Assembly: GCA_002269645.1 (NCBI GenBank)
Contig: NIVC01000623.1
Coordinates: 128,830-192,829 of the forward strand
From: Macrostomum lignano
Lineage: Eukaryota
Reading direction: 5' to 3'
DNA length: 64,000 bases
Of this stretch, positions 48,821 to 59,290 are shown piece after piece. The notes beneath the pieces are model-generated. The model was not told the origin of the DNA, did no database searches, and worked only from the letters and a program-made list of their open reading frames with translations. The position numbers were made by a program, and so were the translations under genes. The first letter of the stretch is position 1, and every line of letters begins with the position of its first letter.

Positions 48821-50623
48821 CTCTGAGGCAAATGTGCTTGAAAGACTGTAACAATTGGTGTGGAAAATGTACACATTTACACATGCGGATGGATATATAG
48901 AGCTGCAGTTAAAAAAAATACGATGGCGAATATACAAATTGTCTGAAACAAAGTGTTCAAATCAAGGCAATAAAATTTACAAAATATATTCCACGAATCC
49001 AGTTGTCCTGACTCGAAAAACAACAACTCACGCAGTGAACTCGCTTTACAGAATCCTTTTAGTATTTAGCTGAATCCGAATTGGCAATACAGATCAAAAT
49101 GCCAGTTTTTATATACAAAAGTACAAGGTGCAACGGAAAATCACTTAATTTCAAAAAGTTACAAATCGGCAAAAAATTTAAAGCAAAATCATTAAGTTGG
49201 TTACCAGTGCTGGTAACAAAAGCGTCGTCGTTCCAAGTGGCACTTGCACGCATACACAATTGATGCCGGATGCTCATCTGACGTCTTGCCCTGCATCTCG
49301 CCCTGCGTCTGACCATCGGCCCGAGTCTGCGGTCGAGGCTTGTTAAGTACAGACGCGTCCGCGTAAGCAAAGAAATCGCTACGCTTATTGCCCTGTTCCA
49401 GTTGTTCCAGAACGATCTGTAAATTAGCCAAGAAGATTGGGGGCTCTCTTGTCGGTATTGAATTGCTGCATAAGATGGATGCCGAAGAAACAGCACATTT
49501 TTTCAGCGGGTAAAAGATAGGCCTATAAAGCCCTGAAAAATACACCTAATGATACACACACTGCAGTGCAAGAATATTCATTTATAACCATAAAGCGACA
49601 TGCCAATATATAATAATTAGCAATAAAATAATTTGCCATAAAACAATGAAGCCTTAAGCCTTTCTGCGTAACTCAGAAATCCGTGAATCAGTGTAAATTA
49701 ATTAAACCAGAGCCAGTCGATCAGGTTGTCGTCTGTGTCAATGACGATCCAGAACGCACAAAGAGCCCCGGACAATGGAGGCTGATAATTAAGCGAATGG
49801 TGGAAGAGCAAGAGCGAGAGGCCAAGACGTGGCGAAAGGGGCGGCTATGACAGAGAGGCTTCCATCCGCGAAGGCCCCTAATGCAGGGCCGCGGCGGCAC
49901 GGACCGCGGCCGTTACTCCGGTGGGCTGCGGGAGCCCCGCCGATGTACAGAGCGTCGCCGCCGCCGATGCATCGTCCGCGCAAGTCCACCAGCCTGCTGG
50001 AATGCGTTCCAAAAGCAAAAAGGCCAAGAAACATAGACATAACACAGAACATGGACGTGAAAATATTTTTTCTTTAGACGCTATTCCAGAGCGTGAAAAT
50101 CAGGGAAATGTACGTGGAAATCGTGCCAACACTGCGCCGAACTTCAACCGACTTTTCTCAGACAAAATTTGGTGAAAATCGAGAAAATGTCGGTAAAAAT
50201 TCGACCCAAAACAACTCAGACTTTTGTCTGTGTTTCATCGACCTAACTAACGAGCGAAAGTCGGAGAAAATTCGTGTATATTTCGGTTCGATTATGAAAA
50301 TCGTGTGAAAATGCGGGCTGAAGTTACACTGACAGTTTGAAAAACGCCGGAGTTGGGTCTCAGCGGGTCCTCATTGTGCTAGCTAAACTGGCTCTGATCA
50401 TGTTTGATCTTTTTAATGCTTTATAAAAATTCATCTTTAGTGACTTGGTTAAGTATGTCCTTTGTTATTAAGCTACTATACAAGTTTTTAGAATAAAAAA
50501 TATTTTTTATTATCAAAATTAGAACAAAATTCTTAATGACTAATTATAGGTTTTAATGTATTTTTTACTTAAGAAAATATGACAACAAAGCATAAGCATG
50601 GGCTACTTTCAGACAGACAAACA

Positions 50624-53119
50624 ATGGACAAAGAGATCAAACGAATTTCATCGGAGTCTACTCATCAGATTTGCTCTGCCCAGGTGATCACTTCTTGCGA
50701 GAGCGTTATCAAAGAGCTCATTGAGAATAGTCTGGATTCTGGAGCAACTAATATAGGTATTGATGGGCATATTGCTCTTCTTCCTTCTATAAGTAGCATT
50801 AGCTATTTTTTAATAAAATTAAATAAACCATTCTGCCACTTGTTAAAGAGATTCGACTGCAGAACTATGGCTTGGATCTAATCGAAGTGATTGACAATGG
50901 CGGCGGCATCGCCTACAGCGACTTTGACGGGATCAGTGAGTGGCTCGCTTGCCAGGTTTCCTGCGTGTGATCCGAATTATGGACCTCTAATTCGTGGTCT
51001 AAAAACACCAAGGACCATGTAGATTGGAGTGCAGCATGAGGACCACCGAAGGACCAAGTAGATTGGGGTGTAGCATGAGGACCACCGAAGGACCAAGTAG
51101 ATTGGGGTGTAGCATGAGGACACCGAAGGACCAAGTAGATTTGGGTGTAGCATGAGGACACCGAAGGGCCAAGTAGATTGGGGTGTAGCTTGAGAACCAC
51201 CGAAGGGCCAAGTAGATTGGAGTGTAGCTTGAGAACCACCGAAGGGCCAAGTAGATTGGAGTGTAGCTTGAGAACCACCGAAGGGCCAAGTAGATTGGGG
51301 TGTAGCATGAGGACACCGAAAGGCCAAGTAGATTGGGGTGTAGCATGAGGACCACCGAAGGGCCAAGTAGATGGGGTGTAGCATGAGGACCACCGAAGGG
51401 CCAAGTAGATTGGGGTGTAGCATGAGGACCACCGAAGGGCCAAGTAGATTGGGGTGTAGCATGAGGACCACTGAAGGACCAAGTAGATTGGGGTGTAGCA
51501 TGAGGACACCGAATGACAAAGTAACCTTAATGCGCAGAGCAGTCCGATTTAATTAGTTTTAAAATCGCTTTCCTCAGCTCTGAAGCACCACACCTCTAAG
51601 CTGAGACAGTTCGACGGCCTGCTGTCCGTCAAAACGTTTGGCTTTCGCGGCGAAGCTCTCAGCTCTCTGTGCGCTGTCAGGTAAGTGGGCCAGCATTCTG
51701 AAGCGTCTATGGAAATTTTAGCGCGATTTCATTACTTTTGATAAAAAAGTTGCTATGCCATTCTGTCCCTGCCACACGCAGCGAGCTGTCTATTCACACG
51801 TACAGCACTAGCGATTCGACTGGCACTGTGCTAAGCTACGACCATGCTGGCTGCGTTCAATCGCAATTGGCCAAGCCTAGGCAGGTGAGAACGGCTTGAT
51901 TGAGGTTTTAAGCGGGACTGAACTAAGATTTGTGATCGGGATCCACTGGGTCTGTACTGGGATTCACTGAATCTAAACTGGGAAGGTATTCACTGATTCT
52001 GAACTGGGACTCGCTGATTCTGAACTGGGAAGAGATTCACTAAGTCTGAACTGGGAAGGTATTCACTGAGTCTGAACTGGGATTCACTGAATCTGAACTG
52101 GGACTCACTGATTCTGAAGCGGGATTCACTGAGTCTGAACTGGGATTCACTGAGTCTCAATTGGGATTCACTGATTCTGAACTGAGAAGAGATTTACTGA
52201 GTCTGAACTGGGATTCACTGAGTCTGAACTGGGATTCACTGAATCTGAACTGGGACTCACTGATTCTGAAGCGGGATTCACTGAGTCTGAACTGGGAAGA
52301 GATTTACTGAGTCTGAACTGGGATTCACTGAGTTTGAACTGGGATTCACTCAGTCTACTGGGATTCACTGATTATCAACTTGGATTCACTGAGTCTACTG
52401 GGATTCACTGATTATCAACTGGGATTCACTGAGTCTAAACTGGGAAGGGATTCACTGAGTCTGTACTGGGATTCACTGAGTCTGTACTGGGATTCACTGA
52501 GTCTGAACTGAGATTCACTGATTCTGAACTGGGATCCACTGAAATTGAACTAGGATTCACTGACTCTGAACTGGGTTCACTGAATCTGAACTGGGATTCA
52601 CTGAATCTGAACTGGGTTCACTGAATCTGAACTAGGACTCACTGAATCTGAACTGGGCTCACTGAATCTGAACTAGGATTCACTGAATCTGAACTGGGCT
52701 CACTGAATCTGAACTGGCATCCACTGGATTTAGACTGGTTCATGAATCGGAATGCAGATATTCTGAAATGAAATGGACGGATTGTGGTGTGGAATTCCGG
52801 GATTTTAAACAGGGGTACACAGATTCAGAACTGGGATTCGGGAACGTTTAACCGGGATCCGGAGATTTAGATGGAGGACTAGGATTATGAATTGGGATTT
52901 AAGGATAAAATTACTTTCTTACCAGCCCATCAATCTCAAACCCCAGCCAGGAACAACGGTGTCAGCCAGAAATCTGTTTCGCCAATTTCCTGTCCGACTA
53001 AAAGAGATGCAAAAGACTGGCCAACGAGAGCTGAAAGCTTGCGCTCGCTGCGTCACCGCCTACGCTCTGGCGCACACGGGGATCAAGTTCTGCCTCAGTC
53101 ACCAGCCTAGCCAATCAGG
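50624..53119 (+). CDS. PMS2: MutL-family mismatch-repair protein PMS2, N-terminal GHKL ATPase part only; exons 50624-50756, 50849-50935, 51578-51680, 51782-51884, 52947-53119
   Basis: [89 protein letters not shown]. All junctions are GT-AG and in phase. HQICS and LKHHTSK favour PMS2 over PMS1. No further exons were seen up to 64000. Confidence 0.9.
51010..51510. repeat. 38/39-bp intronic minisatellite GTAGCATGAGGACCACCGAAGGGCCAAGTAGATTGGGGT (PMS2 intron 2)
   Basis: About 13 copies. Confidence 0.95.
51960..52740. repeat. 21-bp intronic minisatellite GGGATTCACTGAGTCTGAACT (PMS2 intron 4)
   Basis: About 35 degenerate copies. Confidence 0.94.
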
Positions 53120-53219
53120 GTGAGTGCGGAATGCGGATCTTGGACGCGAAACTTCGTTTCTTAGAATTTTCGTTTCTTAGATCGATGCTCATTTTGCAAC
53201 ATGAAGTTTGCTAGCGAGA

Positions 53220-53600
53220 AATTTGCTTGCCGAAATCTGCTAGCCGAAGTTTGCTGGCCGAAATGTGCTAGCCGAAGTTTGCTAGCCGAAATCTGCTAGC
53301 CGAAGTTTGCTAGCCGAAGTTTGCTAGCCGAAATGTGCTAGCCGAAGTTTGCTAGCCGAAATGTGCTAGCCGAAGTTTGCTAGCCGAAATCTGCTAGCCG
53401 AAGTTTGCTAGCCGAAATCTGCTAGCCGAAGTTTGCTAGCCGAAATGTGCTAGCCGAAATCTGCTAGCCGAAATCTGCTAGCCGAAATGTACTAGCCGAA
53501 GTTTGCTAGCCGAAATGTGCTAGCCGAAATGTGCTAGCCGAAATCTGCTAGCCGAAGTTTGCCAGCCGAAATCTGCTAGCAGGAATTTTGCTAGCAAGTA
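53220..53600. repeat. 14-bp minisatellite GCTAGCCGAA+(GTTT/ATGT/ATCT), downstream of PMS2 exon 5
   Basis: About 26 copies with a constant 10-mer and three alternative 4-mers. Confidence 0.94.
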
Positions 53601-55478
53601 TTTTGCTAGCTGCCTTGCTCTCGTAGCTGTTGCATGTTATTTGCTGTGTTTTGATTCCGATTTGAGCTGCTTTGATTCGTACGAGTAAATATATAACTTA
53701 TATACCATATACTGCCATTACCAGCCATTAAGACTGAAAGTTGTGTGTATAGATAAGTTTAAATTTAACTACCTGAACTACAGCTGCCTGAGCTACCTGA
53801 ACTACGGCCTTACAGCTGATAATGCTAAAACATTATCAAATGTCTACGAGTAAAATAGGACAAAAAGTTATAAATGATTTTGACGATTTCCAAGTGCAGT
53901 TTTAGCATATACAGTACTTTAGCATACAGTAACACACATGTTGGTGTACAGTATCTATAGCTAGATACATTTATGTCCAAGGTACAATTTACTATAGCTA
54001 CGAGTATATGTATTGTTAATGTATAGATATTTTCCATCGCTTACGGCACTGTGTACAAGCAAAAACTCTATGCAGGTGTGGCCCACAAGCTCTTACCCTG
54101 TGATCATAGATGTAATATATTTACTTTATTCAATAGCTTGTATATGAACTTTTCAATCCACCTACGTTAAAACCTAAATCTTATTTTCTTTTTGTCTATG
54201 ACGTCATCTACTGATTGCGTTTTAACACGTACATGTACGAGAACCCACGGCGAAGGCTAGGCGGCAGATTAAGTCCCATACATGTACTCGTAGATACATG
54301 CAGCCAGTACCCCTTCTCCCAAATAGCAAGTACCCCCCCCCTCAAGAGAGAAATCTTAGTAAAAATTGTCAAAATCTATTTCAAAAAATGTCTTAGTCAA
54401 AATTGATTTTTAACTGTTCAATATTGATTCGGAGTTGTCAAAAATGAAGCGGACTTTTTGGGTACACAAACCATAGAGTGTCAGTTTTGAAGCAACTCTG
54501 TCAAAATAGAATCAGACTTTGCAGCCCAACCAGTCAGGCTATTTTAGTCTGTGTGTCTAAAGGATGGAGAAAAATAAATTTTATCAATACTTGTAGATCC
54601 AAAAAGCAAAGTCAGAATCAGCTGATTTTGCACAGCTCACTTCAGCCCCGTTCAGGCTTTCATTGGATTACTTTGTTACCGAATTCTCCCAGGAGAAGTT
54701 GACTAAACGTGCATTGTCAAAATTGAACCAGAGTTTGTCAAAATTGAAGCTTGATCTGTCAATATTGATTGTAGATTTTGAGTGCCCGACCATAGAGTGT
54801 CAATATTGCAGAGGAGTTTGTCAGTTTCGAAGTTCATGCATATCATGAAAAAGTTGAAAAACACAAGCAAATGCACATTTCTTTGCTCGTAGCAATGTAC
54901 GAGCGTACGCTCGTACTCGTAGCATAATTCCTTTTGATTTTAAACAAATTTGATAAACGAAATGCATGATGCTTGATGCATCCTAAACTTTCGTGTAGCT
55001 TTGTCTGGGATCTCTGTAGAATATAATATTATTTATTTCTTAGAATCTAATTATCCAGCATTAAAATGCAGCTACGCTTGTATGATGACTCATGGCAGCA
55101 TTAGCTAAATCGAATCAGCACACTGTTATTCGATGCACAACTATATCATTTAACTATATGCATCATGCACAAGTTTTCATGCCCATTCTCTAGTTTACCT
55201 TTTTGCTTTAATACGTAAAGAGTAAAAATAAAAATCGTTACTAGAAAGTTTAATATGTATGAAAACATCCAAACTGGAATGGCAAGCACATAAAAAATAA
55301 AAACACTAGTTATGCAAAAACACTGCTAATAAGTAGTTAGCTATAATGAAAATTTGGTTAGTGTTTGATTATAAAAATAACAAAAACGGCTGCAAAAATG
55401 CTGGTCACCTTGGAAAAATATAGAGTATAGACCCTAGCTAAACAGCGATTCCTTAGCAGCGAAGATAAAAAAGTGGGT

Positions 55479-56807
55479 TTATTTCTTGATGTGATGAGCG
55501 ATGCCACGCAAAAATGAGTGCACTGGATAGTCAGCTGGCAATCCTTCACCATCAATCCACCTTTGGGTGATACGTAGCACACTTGCGTTGCTTTGAGCGT
55601 ACTTCAGACGAAAAGCAGGAGCTTCACCAGCATCAGCACGCTGGACAAGCCACTGTTGATAGTCTTGCTCTTTCTTTAAGCTACTTATAAGCTTAAAGAT
55701 TTGTGGCTTGCAGCACTGAAGCAGGGTTTGCAGGCGACGATGCCATGCCTCGACAGAATTATTAGTCCGGTGTCGGCCTTCTAGTGTGCGCTGACGCACA
55801 TTCCAGCAACTAAGAGGGAACCTTGGCTCCCGCCTTTGGTTGTTGGGCAAGGGTCGGCCGACCCATTGGTCCTCAAAATAGTCGCGCACCGGCTCAAGCT
55901 CCTCCGGAAATTCCGGGAGTGAAACGAGGTGCTCGAAGGTTGCTGGGACTGACTCAGTCGGAACAAAAGCCAAGGCAGATAAACAGCGCATCCATAAGGA
56001 TAACTCGCCATCCTCCTGTTCCAACTGCTGTTTGAGCCCTTCCGAAACAGCCTTACGATAAACGCATTGACTTAGATGAAAAAAGCAACCAGATGGCTCC
56101 AAATGAAAAACGTCACGAATGGCATTTCTCTGTGCACGTTCAAAATCACACATCCAATGGGTAGGATGCAGATTGGGTGCAAGCTGCTGCAATATTTCGA
56201 AAAAGCGACGGTAGGTGTCCTGAGTTTTGTTTGGCAAAAGTGCGAAAATGAGAGGACGCTCTACATGCACTGTTAATAATTGGGCAAAAAGAGTGGGAGC
56301 ACCATCGAATGTTCCATCAGAAAAGAAATGCGATGCTTGTTGCAGTGCCTCAAGGTTTGCCTCAGTTCCAAAAATCAAAATGCGATTCGCATGTGGCCCT
56401 GTGTCATGCAGAAGAAACTGATGGCCATGGTGGAGTTGAATTTTATTTGGAATCACAAGCTCCTGGCGATTCTCTGGCTGTACAGGCAAGTCTTGAGTCT
56501 TATGGCGGACATTTTGCACCATTCGCTTCAAGCAGGTCTCCTTTGGTAAGGCAACACCTGCAGCCTCAGGTAGTCCAGCCACATTCGTGGCTATAATGTT
56601 GGCTGTTGAATCTGCGTGGATGCAGCCTCGCGCTTCATTCTTGCCACAGCTTCCAAGGCTAAAAAGCGGGAGCAATTCGGCCCATGGGTGTGGCTGTGAA
56701 GTTGTTTGATTTTCATGCCATTTTGGACATGAATCCATCACTTGAAATTTTTCCTTATTTTTTATGGTAATAGTACTGCCTACTGGCACAGGAGCATGGT
56801 CTTCCAT
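55479..56807 (-). mobile_element. MULE (Mutator-like) transposase ORF, 442 aa
   Basis: Motifs FSDGTF, PLIFALLPNKTQDTY..FF, MCDFERA, GCFFHLSQ, YFEDQWVG and RTNNSVEAWH. The DDE residues are present. TIRs were not identified. Confidence 0.9.
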
Positions 56808-58992
56808 TGTGCAAAATGAATCTGTAATGTAATTGCATTTAAATTAATACATTTTTGTAACTAGATGGCATTATAAATTTAATATCCTAAAACTAACTTT
56901 AACACTAAACCTAGTTTTTTGAGGAGTATATTTGCACAAATTGAAGGTAATTAAGGTAATTTAAGGTAATTCTGCATGTGGCGGAACCCTTAGCCCCTAC
57001 ACTTCAGCTCTAGGTCATTTTAGTAATCATAAAATGAGAAGCAAGCAATAGCAATATGAAGGCAAATAATATCATATATTTATAAATTATATTTTGTTAC
57101 TTTATCATAGGACTATAAATTCCTATTTATAATAGCCAATTATGATAGCTAATATGGATGCCCTATTGCCCATTTGCAACATTTTGCAACTAAGTAAACT
57201 GAAGCTTATAGATTTGTTATTCAATAGCAATAACAGCATAAGAACTCTAGAATAGTAAAATAAAAAGAACTCTAGAACTTTTAACTCTTAATTATTGGTT
57301 TATAGCATTTGTAGATTAGTTATTCCTCTATAGTCTACTCTAGTTTCTAAAGAATTCGCTCATTTTTAGAGGAAATAAAAGACTAAGTCTAAAGTTTTCC
57401 ATAGAATAATGAAAATAATTGATTACAATCATCCATTTTAGATAAATGGATGATCAGATAAAGGGACATCAGATTTTAGATAAATACATATAAATACAAA
57501 GCCTTATGTCTAGTGCTAACCTAAACTAATATCACATTGTTTATCGAAATCCATGCACCAAAGTTTAGCATACAGGCGCTATATAGATTCTCTATTAGAC
57601 AGAACTGTGTCTAGTACGTTAAAATGAATTATTTAGCTAATAAACAACAAATTTAGGTTATAATTTTACTAACTGGCAACACAGTTAATATCTTATATCT
57701 AATTATAATGTTTACTGTGTCTCCTTGTCTGCGACTGCAAAATAAAAAAAATGTTTAACCGATTTTTTGCAACCCATGCCAAAAGATCGACTTGTTTCCA
57801 TGCAATGGTATTGCATGGTTTTGGCTAAAAATAGTCAAGAGAAGTGGTTAAAAATCCCAAATCTTTTTATAACTAAAAACCATATCTGATAAATAATTGC
57901 TGTAAAAAGCCAGTGTCTACATTTTATGATTGCATTGTTGGGCACACTTATAATTTTATTTTAGCCCGCTATCGGCCTCTTTCTAAACACTTAAAAAAAG
58001 AAAATCGGTAATTTATCTTGACCAAAGTAGCCACATTTTAAAAGGTGTTAAGAAGAATAGAATTAACAAGCACATTTTGTATATAAATTTGTATGCTCGG
58101 AGAGGGTCAGACTAAATTAGCCAAAGTGCGGGGGTGACTCATCAGACCAAAGGGCCCGCCTGAGATCACGCCACCAGCAAATGATAGAGAGAGCGCTGGG
58201 CTGACTCATCGGACCAAAGGGCCCACCTGAGATCACGCGCCAGCGAAGAATCGAGGGGCCAACAGGCCTAGATTAAACAATTAGCCATAAGTCTAAGTCA
58301 AGAACACTACAGAGCAAGTTGAATAAACATGAGCAAGAGTACCAAATTAACTAATTATCGTGTCAAGTAACAAGACAACTGAATAATAATGAACGGCTAA
58401 ATAATTTGAATAAATATATTTGTGCGGTGCAAGTGCAAGAGGGACCACTGTTCAAACAAAGAAATAATTAAGTTGGGACCCACGGGTCAAGGCAACCAAA
58501 TCTGTTCCTTATGCGGGAGACAGACGGGTCCTGTGGGTCACGCTTATCGCGTCTACGCGCCTTCTTGTCTTTCTCTTCTAAGAATTTCTTTAACTGCCGC
58601 TTACCCATCAGCAAGTGCGCTGAGGATTTGCCAGGGTAGCGCAAGTTGTAATGCAAATCTTGTTCAACACTATCTGTAGCGGATAACTCACTGTCTAACT
58701 CTGTAGCAGCTTCTAGAGTCTCGCTTGGAGCTACTATACTTTCTGGAGCCTGTTCAGACTCTGGAATCGCAGGCTGCGCTGGCGCTAATTCATCGGCGCT
58801 TTCGCCTGGTTCCTCTAGCAACTCATCTATGTCAGAGCTAGCGACTACACTATCAGCCCTCCATGTAATCAGATAATTAGGAGCAGGCTGCTCATACTCA
58901 CTGTCTGTTGAAGACTGTGCTTCGTTTGACGGGTGAGAAGTGGATGGCTGATTAGCTGATTGAATTGGCGACTTTGATTGCTGCTTGACTAA

Positions 58993-59290
58993 CATACATG
59001 CGCAACCTCTAAAATTCGGTCGGCCGTGCGACTTAGTTTTAACAAAATGCGACATAGTTTTTGGCCAAAAATGCGACTTACACGTAAAAAAAACCCTAAA
59101 GCAAAATTAACGCAACTTTGGGTAAACGGCAGGAGTAACTATGACTGTCTTATTAAGCCAAAATGCCTCGTCAGCTACTTAGTACTACTACTTGGGTGTT
59201 TTTTTGGGTGGGCATTTTTGCGACTTCCTTGGTTGGCCGCCAAATCGGTCGGCCGGATCGGCCGACTCGGCCGACTGTTGCGCATGTATG
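58993..59290. mobile_element. 298-bp hAT-type MITE inserted in the gypsy element
   Basis: Perfect 14-bp TIRs CATACATGCGCAAC (58993-59006) and GTTGCGCATGTATG (59277-59290); 8-bp target-site duplication TTGACTAA at 58985-58992 and 59291-59298. Removing it restores a continuous reading frame (PSKLVKQQSKSP). Confidence 0.9.

Noticed and set aside
49789-50052. GC-rich exon-like segment divergent from PMS2 (DALYIGGAP, faintly laminin-G-like)
   Set aside because: A single short motif, ambiguous frame and no partner exons; may be coding but cannot be supported.
53220-53600. Constant 10-mer with a variable 4-mer, superficially CRISPR-like
   Set aside because: The 'spacers' are only 4 nt and come from three recurring variants. 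There are no cas genes and the context is a eukaryotic intron. None of the other arrays has unique spacers either.
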